Origin: Macrostomum lignano
Lineage: Eukaryota
DNA length: 64,000 nucleotides
Reading direction: 5' to 3'
Assembly (NCBI GenBank): GCA_002269645.1
Contig: NIVC01002242.1
Span: 70,633-134,632 of the forward strand
Part shown: positions 26,596-39,900 of the stretch, piece after piece
Numbering within the stretch: the stretch's first letter is position 1
Layout: every line of letters starts with the position of its first letter
Position numbers and translations under genes: made by a program
Notes under the pieces: model-generated
Told to the model about the DNA's origin: nothing
The model's input: only the letters and a program-made list of their open reading frames with translations
Database searches by the model: none

Positions 26596-29500
26596 GTGAT
26601 GACGGGCCCGCACGAAGAAGACAGCGGCGGATTAGTCATGAGGCCGGCCAATTCCGACGCCATTCTGCCGACGCCGCCGCCGCCGCTGCCTCAGTCGAAA
26701 CTGACGACTGCCGGAGACAAAGCGATGGAAGAAGCCGATGGAAGGAAGGTGCTGACGTCTCCTTACCTGGCGGAGGCTTGCTGCTCAAGGCTGCTCAATC
26801 AGTTCTCTGGCAGACTGGGCCTCTTCGTTGCCGGCCGGCCAAGGAACTATGCCTTCAGAGCTAACAGAAACGCGTGAGCTGAGACTTTTTAGATGCTCAT
26901 GAGACTTATTGGCTCTGCCCTACTCTATCCCGAACCTTAAGTGAGCACTGCTACCCTCCCCAATTCTTTAGTGAGCACTGCTACCCTCTCAAATTCTTTA
27001 GTGAGCACTGCTACCCTCCCAAATTCTTTAGTGAGCACTGCTACCCTCCCAAATTCTTTAGTGAGCACTGCTACCCTCCCCAATTCTTTAGTGAGCACTG
27101 CTACCCTCCCCAATTCTTTAGTGAGCACTGCTACCCTCCCAAATTCTTTAGTGAGCACTGCTACCCTCCCCAATTCTTTAGTGAGCACTGCTACCCTCCC
27201 AAATTCTTTAGTGAGCACTGCTACCCTCCCCAATTCTTTAGTGAGCACTGCTACCCTCCCCAATTCTTTAGTGAGCACTGCTACCCTCCCAAATTCTTTA
27301 GTGAGCACTGCTACCCTCCCCAATTCTTTAGTGAGCACTGCTACCCTCCCCAATTCTTTAGTGAGCACTGCTACCCTCCCCAATTCTTTAGTGAGCACTG
27401 CTACCCTCCCAAATTCTTTAGTGAGCACTGCTACCCTCCCAAATTCTTTAGTGAGCACTGCTACCCTCCCCAATTCTTTAGTGAGCACTGCTACCCTCTC
27501 AAATTCTTTAGTGAGCACTGCTACCCTCCCCAATTCTTTAGTGAGCACTGCTACCCTCCCCAATTCTTTAGTGAGCACTGCTACCCTCCCCAATTCTTTA
27601 GTGAGCACTGCTACCCTCCCAAATTCTTTAGTGAGCACTGCTACCCTCCCAAATTCTTTAGTGAGCACTGCTACCCTCCCCAATTCTTTAGTGAGCACTG
27701 CTACCCTCCCCAATTCTTTAGTGAGCACTGCTACCCTCCCAAATTCTTTAGTGAGCACTGCTACCCTCCCAAATTCTTCAGTGAGCACTGCTACCCTCTC
27801 CTATCCTTCAGTGAGCAGCAGGATTCTCCAACGTCAAATTGTCTTTCCAGAATAATGGAAACAGTCAGCCACCTTGGCTACCGAGTCCTTGACTACAGTT
27901 CCCTGCGCGAGAATCTGCAGCTTCAGTTAGACAATGGGGATTTAGAGAAAACTGAGGCCGCTGCAACTGAGACTGAGGCCGCTGCAACTGAGGCCGCTGC
28001 AACTGAGGCGGCGGCAGAGGCGGCAGCGGCAAGTTTGGCTAGCAAAATTTCCTCACTGCCTGAGACCACATTAAGTCTGGTGTTTCTGAAGCCGCAGAAA
28101 CTCGACTGGAACTGTCTTGGTAAAAAAGCTGATTGAGTGAGATATCAATTGCCATGATGAGTTAAGCAGTGGTTTTGAACAGATCAGCGAGCCGCCCATT
28201 AAAGGACCCGGGAAGCGAAAGATCTAAGAAATTGGGGAGCTATCTCAAAGGGTTTGCCAAGAAATGACCCGTTGTCAGTATAATCAATAATAAATGTAAG
28301 TACAAACGCTTACCCACAGGCAACTGTTTAATATTCGAGCCGTACCACCAGCCCAGCCTGTTCGCCTCGGACAAATGGAACATGGCCAGAATTCTCAGCC
28401 GAAAGGCCGGCCAATCCGGCCTGAAATTCTTTGACGCCTCTGGGGCCGAATTCAATTATCGCCGGTTCACGATGTACACAGCCAATCCCGGCCTGGGGGG
28501 TAGGCAGCAGCTGATAAGGCATCTTGGTGAGCGCGAAGAAAGAGGGTCGGGGGTTGGGGTTTGGCAGGATGAGATAAGAGTGGTGTACATTTACGGCGTT
28601 CGTAGATGAATAAGGCATCTTGGTGAGCGCGGAGGAAGGGGGATTGGGGTTGGGGGTTTGACGTGCTGAGAGAGAGGGAGAGAGGGTTGTGTACATTTGC
28701 GGCGTACATTAGATGGATAAGGCATCTTGGTGAGCGCGGAGGAAGGGGGATGGGGTTGGGGCCTGGGGTTTGACGTCCTGAGAGAGAGGGTTGTGTACAT
28801 TTGCTGCGTAGATGCACATTCTCGTCCCCACGAGAAAGTTTGTGGCAGCCAATAAGCGATCAGGAGTTAAATCCTATCTAGGACTGCGTTTATAGTTTGT
28901 TTATACATCAATGAAGTAATTTAAATAGCATGCACTTTGGCGGAATACGTTTGACCCACAAGGGCCAGCCCCAAGGCACAGAGAGTGTACGCTGTACACC
29001 TTGTGTGAGCGTGTGTATGAGCGCATGACTGGAATCGCCGACTTCTGTGTTAGCTCGTACTTTGTTTGAGAAGTCTCAATGCTAATACTGAGGTTTTGAT
29101 TTATTTCAGACGCAAACCCAGGAGTCTACGTACTCAAAAGGACCAAGTAAGAGCTGACTTGTTTAATTAGTTGCTTTGCTTACCTGCTGCTATACTCTCT
29201 TTTGATGCTAACTCTTTGTTGGGAGTAATTATATAACATTTTTATCTGCCAACAGTCTATCCATTTAGCTTTGATGACAGCAACATCTCTTAGAAATTCT
29301 AACATCAAACACATCTGTCAATCTTGCTGATTGTGAGTATATACGAGGGTAACTAGTAAGTAGCTAGTAGATAGTAACTAGTAGATAGTACTAGTAGATA
29401 TAGCAGCTAGTAGATAGAAGTTTTAAATTCAAATCGGAATATGAGTAAATGCTAAAAATACTCGTAGAATCTGAGTTATGAGTATATAATTTGTTAAATC

Positions 29501-31097
29501 CAATGAGAATGACATGCTTGAAGGTGACAAATATGCGAGGTGAGATGGGACGGGATGAGCCGAGGTGACAAAGTGAGGTGAGGTGAGGTGAGATGAGATG
29601 AGATGAGATGGGATGAGCTGAGCTGAGGTTAGGTTAGGTTAGGTTAGGTGATGTGAGGAGAGGTGTGGGGAGGGAGATGAGGTGAGATGAGATAAGGTGA
29701 AATGAGGGAGATGAAATGAGATGAGGTGCAGTGAGGTGGATGAGATGGGAGATGAGATGAAGTGAGGTGAGATGAGATGAGGTGAGATGGGGGAGATGAG
29801 ATGAGATGAGATTCTGTCAGTCACTGAAATGTAAGCCAAGCTCTGGCAAGCGGGGCCAAACCCGCAGTTCATCGCAGGGCATCGGCATCCACATGTACCG
29901 GGCCCAGCAGCCCAACAGCATCGATCTTCTCCAGCGCTGCATCGGTCAAAAAGCTCGCCTTCAACGCTACGTACTGCAAAAGTACATCGAGCGTCCTCTG
30001 CTAGTTGATAAGAGAAAATTCGATCTGCGAGTCTACCTGCTGGTGCTGAGCTGCTCCTGTCCCGGCCGGCCAGGCGACCGCGGCTACTTCGCCTTCTGCC
30101 ATCCCGGCTACGTGAAGGTCAGCAGCCGGGCCTACGCTGGCGACAGCCGCGACCCTCGCGTTCACTTCACCAACCAGTGGGTGCAGCGGCGCGGCGGCCG
30201 GCAGTACGAGTGCGTCAAGGAGGCGACAACCTGGCTGCCGGACGAGCTCGACGCCTACTTGGAGCGACGGCGACGGAATGGCAACGGGCCGGCTGTGCCC
30301 GAAGGCTGGTGCCGGCAGAAGCTTTACAGACAGGTCGGTCAGCATTGTTGCAAGCCGAATTGGAATGCTGAGAGGAGATAGGAGAAAGTAGAGAGTAGGG
30401 AGTAGAGAGGAGAGTGGAGAGAGGAGAGAGAAGAGAGTAGAAAAGTAGAGAGGAGAGAGGAGAAAGGAGAGATTAGAAAGGAGAGAGTAGCGAGTATAGA
30501 GTAGAAAGGAGAAAGGAGAGAGAAAAGAGGAGAGATTGGAGAGTGAGAACGGAGAGAGAGAGAGAGGAAAGGGACAGCGGAGAGAGAAAGAAGATAAGAG
30601 ATCGGGGCGCATGGATGGACAGGCCATTGTGCAATTGTAAGCCGAAAATTCCTAGAAACATCCAACCAAAATATTTATTTAAAGCAGCCTAATTTCAAAA
30701 TATTATACAAATAAAATGCTAATGAAATAGCCGGATTCCCCTCAAGGTGGCGGCCATCGCAGGCTACCTGGCCTGGTCCTGCCGGCCCTACCTGGCCAGC
30801 CGCAGGCCCGGCTGCGTGTTTCGAATCTACGGGCCCGACCTCATTGTTGACGAGGATCTGCGAGTGAGCCTGCTAGAATTCAACTGCTTCCCCTGCTACG
30901 CCAAGAATACGATGGCTCTGTCTACTAGCCTCGGCTCGATGTGGCGCGAGGCCGTTGCCATAGCAACCGAAGCCTCGCTGCGCTACCGCGACGGTCTGCC
31001 GGTGGCGGCGCCGACAACGGCTAGAAATTTTTGCCAGGTGTTCAGCTCGCAGAATCCTGCCGTACTGGGGAAATTGATTAGCAGCTGTTTTCCCTGA
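26596..31097 (+). CDS. TTLL10: Tubulin-tyrosine-ligase-like protein, closest to the TTLL10 glycylase; exons 26596-26873, 27851-28119, 28320-about 28499, 29110-29146, 29868-30333, 30747-31097
   Basis: TTL motifs YVLKRTN/SSQGIGI, QKYIERPLLVDKRKFDLRVYLLV, HFTNQWVQRR and GPDLIVDEDLRVSLLEFNCFP. Splice phases are consistent. The end of exon 3 and the start codon are less certain. Confidence 0.72.
26938..27830. repeat. 30-bp minisatellite (GTGAGCACTGCTACCCTCCCCAATTCTTTA)n in TTLL intron 1
   Basis: About 29 near-identical head-to-tail copies with no spacers. Confidence 0.97.
28515..28812. repeat. Three copies of an approximately 95-bp repeat in a TTLL intron
   Basis: ATAAGGCATCTTGGTGAGCGCG...GGGGTTGGGG...GTGTACATTT recurs three times. 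Confidence 0.8.
29540..29812. repeat. GAGAT/GAGGT pentamer-derived low-complexity tract
   Basis: Read directly. Confidence 0.85.
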
Positions 31098-31214
31098 GCT
31101 CAGGTGCATGCGGGCGAAGGAATTACAGTGTTTGTCGGAATTTGCTGCGATTTTGGGACAGAGAGGAGTCACGAAATACGTGGGACAGAAGGCCAAAAAC
31201 ATCTAGGAAAGAGG

Positions 31215-31520
31215 GCCATAAACACCCGGGCAGAGGGTCATAAACACCAGTGACAGACGGCTATAAACACCCGGGACAGACGGCCATAAACACCCGGGAC
31301 AGACGGTCATAAACACCTGGGACAAAGGGCCATAAACACCAGTGACAGACGGCTATAAACACCCGGGACAGACGGCCATAAACACCCGGTAAAGAGGGCC
31401 ATAAACACTCTGAACAGAGGGCCATAAACACAAAATTCGTACGAGCGTAAGGTCATAAACACCTGGGACAGAGGGCTATAAACACCCGGGACAGACGGCT
31501 ATAAACACCTTGGACAGGGG
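31215..31520. repeat. About 22-bp minisatellite (CATAAACACCCGGGACAGACGG)
   Basis: About 12 variant copies. Confidence 0.85.
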
Positions 31521-32108
31521 AGAATACATGAAGTAGACGGTTATGAACACCAGATGCAGTGTAATAAGCACACGCAGCTAAAAACGGTCACGAGCATCGG
31601 AGCATGGATTCTCAAATGTCTGAAGCGGAGGAACACAAAACAGCTGTCATAGCAAATAAAATTTCTAGACTCAAACAGATCCCAAACCAATTAAAATCGC
31701 AGACGGTACCGGCAATAAAAAAGCAATGGCAGACGTATCGCTTCTTAACTCCATTTTGTTCATCATCTTTAAATTTTTCCAGTCGCGCAACTTTGCTTCT
31801 TTTGTAATTTGCCGCAATTGAAAAGCAACGATTTAAATAAAAAAGACGACATGCTTTGGAAATTTCGGATAAAATTGATTTTGCCTTCGTAATTTCTCAA
31901 TTCTAAATGGTATTAAACCGTTGGTCATGACACTCCGGATCCTGATAAAATTGTCTGCGACTGCGCCAGCCGAGACACCCATTGTTTGGCCATAGACATT
32001 CTAAGTCACTACACAGAGCACAGATTCTACTTCGTATACACCCCTAGATGGGCCACTCCAGCCGCCTGGCTGCAGCGCAAAAACACCCGGGTTAAGACCA
32101 TAGACTAT

Positions 32109-32302
32109 GGGCCGTATGCAGAAAGCTCTGTCTAGGGTAGTCCGGTCTTGAAAAGCTAGTCTGGACTTGGATTTGGTATGCAGAAACACAAAGTTAGACC
32201 GGTCTACTATAGACAGAACTAAGGTAGCTAGACCATAGACTATAGAATGAACTACCCAAGTCCGGACTAGCTAGTCTGGACTAAGCTTTCTGCATACGGC
32301 CC
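32109..32302. mobile_element. 194-bp MITE with 19-bp TIRs and a 3-bp TSD (TAT); PIF/Harbinger-like
   Basis: TIR GGGCCGTATGCAGAAAGCT at 32109-32127 and its reverse complement at 32284-32302. TAT flanks both sides. Neighbouring repeat units show the empty site CCATAGACTATAGC. Confidence 0.82.
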
Positions 32303-32680
32303 TATAGCTTCTGCTGCTCTCAAGCATTAGCAGCAGCAGCTGGTGTCTGTGGTCCTAATATCGGGGTTCAGACCATAGACTATAGCTTCTGCTGGTCTCA
32401 AGCATTAGCAGCAGCAGCTGGTGTCTGTGGTCCTAATATCGGGGTTCAGACCATAGACTATAGCTTCTGCTGCTCTCAAGCATTAGCAGCAGCAGCTGGT
32501 GTCTGTGGTCCTAATATCGGGGTTCAGACCATAGACTATAGCTTCTGCTGCTCTCAAACATTAGCAGCAGCAGCTGGTGTCTGTGGCCCTAACCCTGGGG
32601 TTCAGACCATAGACTATAGCTTCTGCTGCTCTCAAGCATTAGCAGCAGCAGCTGGTGTCTGTGGCCCTAACCCCGGGGAT
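32303..32680. repeat. 78-bp tandem repeat, about 5 copies
   Basis: Units begin TATAGCTTCTG at 32303, 32381, 32459, 32537 and 32615. Confidence 0.92.
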
Positions 32681-33732
32681 TTCGGGATCTCGGAGACGGC
32701 CGCTAAATACATTAGCGAATGTTGGAGTGACGCATCTTAGTAGTATAGAATCCGTGACTCATAGCTTGTAACTTTTGTCGTTAGATTTACAAATTAGTCC
32801 ATGAAACGCAACTCCGTAGCACTATATGAAACTTTTTTTAACTTTTCGCTTCCCACTATTTACCAGTAACTTGTAGCATCTATGAAACACTCCCTCCCCG
32901 GCAGGCAACAGGAAAATGAGTTCATAGAGGGAGTGGCGCAGGTTCAGACAAAGCAGCAATTAGTTTGTTGTCTTGGAAAATCGCCGGCCTCTTTAGACAG
33001 GAAAAAGCCATTGTTAAGTAGTAATTGTTGCTTTTGAGTTGTACAGCTGCAGGCTAATTAGTGGCAATCGGGGTATTAGCAAAGCTAAGCTGTGTAATTT
33101 CGTATTTTGCATTCGATTGCAGTCAGAGCCTAGAAAGTTTTGTACAAAGCGAATCTCTATTAAAGCTAAACGAGCATTTAATTTAGGGTTTCAGCTTTGC
33201 CGAGGCACTTAGCCGGTTGCTAGGGGAAGTCTGCCTATGCAGTGTCAGCTCTTATCAGCTTCAATCCGCGTAGCTTCCAAAAATCGCAGGTATAGCCGCG
33301 TGCCCTATGACGTCACTTGCCTAATATGGCAAGTTTTTTATTTCAATCAATATTTTTACATACAAGACAAAGCGACTCAATAAGTAAATTAATATTTATT
33401 GTTTACATCTATGTTAATTACTTCAGGCAAGCCTGCTGCCCACAGATAAAAAACATGCTATCAATGTATTTTTAACATCAATTAAAAAAAGTGCTACATG
33501 CTGTTTAACAAACCCTGACACACGGTGAAATATAACAAAATTTGAGTATAAAAAATACATTTAAAAAACAAATTACAATGCTTTTATTTAAAATGAGCAC
33601 AGCCATCTGTACGCTAACAAACGTACTGTAAGGTCCCGAGTTCGATTCCCCGGCCATGGACTTTTCTAAATTCTGTCAGTATCTCGTGCGATTTTCGCGG
33701 ACCAGCAAAAAGGCAGCACTCATTCGAAAGTG

Positions 33733-36700
33733 TCACCGCAGCGCCGACTCAGCCAGGTCCTGGGCCACCTGGTTGAACGCCGACGTCAGCTGGCGAACCT
33801 TCGCCTCCAGCCGCTGCTTCTGCGCCTCCGTGTCCTTCAGCAGCTGCCGCATCTCCTCCTCGACTTCGGCAACTCGACTGTCGGCGTCTGACCGCGCCTT
33901 GGCCAGCTGGCGCTCCAGCTGCTCCACCTGGCGCCGGTGCCCCGTCTGCTGGGCGTCCAGCTGAGCCCTGAAGGCGTCGTCAGCTGTCCGCAGCTGCTCG
34001 GTGGCGGCGGTCGCCGCGGCCGCCGATTTGTCCCGTTCGGCGCGCAGTTCAGCCTCGCGTCGTTCGAATTCCGAGCGCAGCTGCTCAACCTGCGCCTCCA
34101 TGCGGCTGATTTGGTCGGATTTGTCCCGCCATCGGCTCGTGAGCTGCGCAGCGTTGCGCTCAGCCCGCTGGCACCGGTCGGTGAGCTCCTCAACCTGCTG
34201 CTTCAGCTCGTCCTTGCGCTCAGTTAGCGCCTTCACCTGGTCCTGTGGTAGGGGCGGAGGCAGGGCTCCCATTATGATTATCCCATTTCTCCCCAATCCC
34301 AATGTAAATTATCCCATTTCTCCCCAATCCCAATGTAAATTATCCCATTTCTTCCCAATCCCAATGTACATAATCTCATTTCTTCCCAATTCAAATGTAC
34401 ATTATCTTATTTCTTGCCTATCCCAATGTACATAATCTCTTTTCTTCCCAATTCCAATGTAAATTATCCCATTTCTTGCCAATCCCAATGTGCATTATCT
34501 CTTTTCTTCCCAATTCGAATGTACATGATCCCATTTCTTGCCAATCCCAATGTACATAATCCCATTTCTCCCCAATTCCAATTTGCATTATCCTATTTCT
34601 TCTCAATCTCAATGTACATTATCGCATTTCTTCCCAATTCAAATGTACATTATCTTATTTCTTGCCAATCCCAATGTACATTATCCCATTTCTTGCCAAT
34701 CCCAATGTGCATTATCTCTTTTCTTCCCAATTCGAATGTACATTATCCCATTTTTTGCCAATCCCAATGTACATTATCCCATTTCTTGCCAATCCCAATA
34801 TACACTATCCCATTTCTTCCCAATCCCAATGTACATTATCCCATTTCTTCCCAATCCCAATGTACACTATCCCCTCTCAAGGCTGCGATCTCTCACCTCG
34901 GCATCCCGCCGGCTCTCAGTCTCCAACTGCAGCTGCTCCTCGAGCTGGCGCGTCCTCTCAATGCCCTCCTCTTGGACCCGTTTCACTGCGGCGTCCTTCT
35001 CAGCTAGGCTGTCCTTCAATTTCCGGACAGTGTCCAGCAGGTCCTCGGCCACTTTAGTCTTGATCCGCAGCGCGTCAGTCTCCTGCTCTAGCTGGCGCTT
35101 CAACGAGGCCACCTCGGACTGGAGCAGCTCCACCCGGCTCTCCAGCCGCCCCCTGTCCTGAGCCAGCGCGCTGCCCTGCTGCGCCAACTCGTCCGCCCAC
35201 AGGCGTTTCTCAGCTCGGAGGCCCTCGATGAGGGAGTCTTGAGCAGCCAGCTGAGCTGTGAGCCGCTTGTTCTCCTTGCGCAGCGACTCCATGTCCGTCA
35301 GGCGGCGCCTGGCATCCTCCAGCTGCTCCTCCTGCTTCTGGTCCCGAGCCTGCCAGGTGCGAGAGTAGAGAGAACTGGGGTGAGATTATTGGGCTAGAAT
35401 GGTGAGATTTAGGGAGTAGATAGTGAAATAGAGATAAAGTAGATGGAGATAGAGAGAGTAGATGGTGAAATGGAGTAGGTAGTAGGACAGAGACATCGGG
35501 AGGGAGAAAAAGAGAGAGAGAGAGTAGACGGTGAAATTGAAGGATAAGATAGTGAGATAGACGGAGTAGATGATGGGGGTAGAATGATTAGACAGTGAGA
35601 AAGAGAGAGTAGACTGTGAGATCAAGAGAATAGACGGTGAGATCAAGAGATTAGACAGTGAGATCAAGAGAATAGACAGTGAGATCAAGAGATTAGACAG
35701 TGAGATCAAGAGAATAGACAGTGAGATCAAGAGATTAGACAGTGAGATCAAGAGATTAGACAGTGAGATCAAGAGAATAGACAGTGAGATCAAGAGATTA
35801 GACAGTGAGATCAAGAGATTAGACAGTGAGATCAAGAGATTAGACAGTGAGATCAAGAGATTAGACAGTGAGATCAAGAGAATAGACAGTGAGATCAAGA
35901 GAGTAGACAGTGAGATTTAGTGAGACTTGAGTAAGAGACGTAACTCAGCAGCAATCTTAACAATCTTCTAAAACACAAAATGAGCCTCGCCTTCTGAGCC
36001 TTGATCTCCTCCTGTCGGGTTTTAGCCGCAGTCTCCAGTTTGATTTTCTGCTCCTTGGCCAGCTGAAATTTGAAGTTAAAAACAATCAGTTTAGGCTAAA
36101 ATCTGAGACACGGAGAAATAATTCAAATGGTAGAGGTGAGCGCACTGGAGACCAAAACAGGATAGCGGAGGGTCGACGGTAAATGGGAGGTTTAAGGATG
36201 AATCACGGGACGCGAACATAGCGTTAAGCAGAGGGCGGTTATTAAGAGTGTGGCCTGGATTCTTCTTCTGGACCTCTCATTTAGCGTCAGGAATTTTAAT
36301 TACGGGTGCCTGACATCAGGTCGATGGCCGACAAATGAGCCACCTGGGCCCGCTTTGAGCTGCGCTGTTCTTGGAGCGGAATCGGATACAGTAGAGACGG
36401 GACCGATGCGCACAGACAGACAGCCAGACACACAGACACTAAGACAGACACTAAGGCAGACAGACAGACAGACAGACACTAAGGCAGACAGACAGACAGA
36501 CACTAAGGCAGACAGACAGACAGACACTAGGGCAGACAGACAGACAGACACTAAGGCAGACAGACAGACAGACACTAGGGCAGACACTAAGGCAGACAGA
36601 CAGACAGACACTAAGGCAGACACTAAGGCAGACAGACAGACAGACACTAAGGCAGAAACTAAGGCAGACAGACAGACAGACACTAAGGCAGACACTAAGG

Positions 36701-36895
36701 CAGACAGACAGACAGACACTAAGGCAGACAGACAGACACTAAGGCAGACGGACAGACACTAAGGCAGACGGACAGACACTAAGGCAGACACTAAGGCAGA
36801 CGGACAGACAGACACTAAGGCAGACAGACAGACAGACACTAAGGCAGACGGACGGACAGACAGACAGACGGACAGACAGACAGACGGACAGACAG

Positions 36896-36933
<38 letters not shown>

Positions 36934-39900
36934 GGACAGACAGACAGACGGACAGACAGACAGTCAGGCAGACAGACAGTCAGGCAGGCAGACAGACAGT
37001 CAGGCAGACAGACAGTCAGGCAGACAGACAGTCAGGCAGGCAGACAGACAGACAGTCAGGCAGACAGACAGTCAGGCAGACAGACAGTCAGGCAGACAGA
37101 CAGTCAGGCAGGCAGGCAGACAGACAGTCAGGCAGACAGACAGTCAGGCAGACAGTCAGGCAGACAGACAGACAGTCAGGCAGACAGACAGGCAGACAGA
37201 CAGACAGTCAGGCAGACAGACAGACAGTCAGGCAGACAGACAGTCAGGCAGACAGACAGTCAGGCAGGCAGACAGACAGACAGTCAGGCAGACAGACAGT
37301 CAGGCAGATAGACAGTCAGGCAGACAGACAGTTAGGCAGACAGACAGTCAGGCAGGCAGACAGACAGTCAGGCAGACAGACAGTCAGGCAGACAGACAGT
37401 CAGGCAGACAGACAGTCAGGCAGACAGACAGGCAGACAGACAGACAGTCAGGCAGACAGACAGACAGTCAGACAGTCAGGCAGACAGACAGACAGTCAGA
37501 CAGACAGACAGTCAGGCAGGCAGACAGACAGACAGTCATGCAGACAGACAGTCAGGCAGACAGACAGTCAGGCAGACAGACAGACAGTCAGACAGACAGG
37601 CAGGCAGTCAGACAGACAGACAGTCAGACAGACAGACAGACAGACAGACAAAACAGACCTGCGACAGCTCAGCCAGCAGCTTCTCCCGCTCGGCCTCGCG
37701 GCCCCTGGCAGCCTGGTACAATTCGCGCAGTCCGGCCGCCTCCTCGGTCGCCTCTGCCGCCTGCCGCTTCAGCTGCTCCTCAGACTGCGCCTGCAGCCGC
37801 AGCGCCAGCCGGAACTCATCCTCCAGCGCGCGGTACCGCTCGCCGGCCTCCGCCAGCCGCTCCTCGAGTCGGCGAATCGCCTGAGCCGCACATCGCCTCT
37901 CCCTGTCAGCCTCCTTAGCAACCAGAGATTCGAGCTCGGGACTGCCCAGCCGGTAGCAGCCGGCCAGCTGGTGCTGGAAGTCCCGCTCCCGTTCCGCTAG
38001 CAGGTGCTCCGCCTGGCGCAGCGACTCCCCTAGGCGCTCCGCTTGGTCGCGCTGCGTCGCCGCTTCCACCTCGGCACGGGCGGCGCGCTTCTCGGCTTCG
38101 GCCGCCGACTGGGCGCGCCGACGCTCCTCACCGCTGGCGGCGCGGCGCAGGCGCTCCAAGCCGGCGCGCATCTCCTCGACGCGGCGCTCGGCCTCAACGC
38201 GCGCCGATTCCGCTGCGGCGCCGTCGGCCTCCGCTTTGGCGGCGCGAGCCTCAGCCGATTCGCGCATCTCGCGCTCGTCTGCCGCGGTCGACTTCAGCTT
38301 CTCGGCTGCGTCGACGGCGGCGGCGCGAACGGCGGCGTCTTCGCGGCTCTGCGCCTGCAGCAGCTGGGCGTGCTCGGCGAGCCGGCGGCAGGCCGCTTCG
38401 CTTTTCCAGCGCCGCTCGCGTTCGAGGTCGAGCTCGCGGAGCAGCTCCTGGGTTGGTGGGAGGCGGGGGTTCGAGCGTAAGGATTTCTCCCTTTTGGGGA
38501 TTCGAGTTTGAGTATTTCTCCTGTTTGGGGAATCGAATTTGAGTATTTCTCCTGTTTGGGGATTCGAGTTTGAGGATTTCTCCTGTTTAGGGATCCGAGT
38601 TTGAGAATTTCTCCTATTTAGGGATTCGAGTTTGAGGATTTTTCCTGTTTGGGGATTCGAGTTTGAGGATTTCTCCTGTTTGGGGATTCGAGTTTGAGGA
38701 TTTCTCCTGTTTGGGGATTCGAGCTCTGGGATTTTTTAGGTTCAAAGATAAAAGAGATTACTAGTGAAAAAATGCGAGGCTGTGGGATTTAGTATGCAGC
38801 TGTGATGATGGGGCAGTTGTGATGCTGGGGCAGTTGTGATGCTGGGGCAGCTGTGATGCTGGGGCAGCTGTGATGCTGGAGCAGTTTTGATGCTGGGGCA
38901 GCTGTGATGCTAGGGCAGTTGTGATGATGGGGCAGCTGTGATGCTGGGGCAGTTGTGATGCTGGGACAATTAACAAATGATAGAAAAGCCATCGGAATAA
39001 CCGGAGGCGATAAGAGCGTGAGCCAGCGGAATCCGGGGGGGGGGCGGCTCAGGTGTGAGTAATTACCGAGCACTCAAAGCCACAGGTGCGCGGGTTGCTA
39101 ACGGAGGCTAATTCCGTCATCCCAGTAAGCCCGTATGCTTCTGTTTGGCCACAAAGGGTCCCTAAAATACACATCGGCTGGGAATTGAATCAGGAAGGGC
39201 GCGGACGAGGATTCGGCTTCTCCCTAAAAATCCCCAATTAATTAACCGAAGCCAGAATTAGAGGGACGCAATTGACGGTTTTTGTCTAATTGGGAAAGAG
39301 CATAGAGTGAGGTCTGCGAATTTATTCGAAGTAGATATGGGGAATAAATTTCATTCTCAGTTAATACGATTAAACTGCAGTCTTGAAAAGGTCCGAAGCT
39401 ACCTGTATTCGGGTGAGAAATTGCGTGATGGGAAGTGATCTCGTTTGGCACGTCTCGGCGTCTCTGCCTTCATGAGTCTACCTCTCTAACTAACCTTCCC
39501 TTGCCTACTTCTCTGACTACTTATTCCTATCAATTTCTCTGACTACCCATTCCAGTCTACTTCTCTGACTACCCCTTCCAGTCTACTTCTCTGACTAGCC
39601 CTTCCAGTCTACTTCTCTGACTAACTCACACTTCCTACTTCTCTGGTTACTTCTACGTGTCTACTTCTCTGACTTACCCCTTGCTATCTACTTCTCTGAA
39701 TAACTCTACCTGTTTACTTCTCGTCCTCTGTCTGTCTACACTTCTCTGACTACTCTTTTCTGCCTACTTCTCTGACTACCTTTCCTTATCTACGGCTCGC
39801 ACTTCCAACTACCTCCCTTGTCTGCTTCTTTGATTAATTCTACTTTTCTATTTCTCTGACTATCTATCAAGACTACCTTTTTGACTACTTCTCCCTATCT

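Noticed and set aside
26938-27830. 30-bp repeats that superficially resemble a CRISPR array (also the 36-bp and 45-bp arrays)
   Set aside because: Units are directly head-to-tail with no unique spacers, lie in eukaryotic introns or next to exons, and no cas genes are present.
33625-33660. tRNA-like B box GAGTTCGATTCCCC
   Set aside because: No A box or cloverleaf could be built. It is at most a SINE-head fragment, not a tRNA gene.
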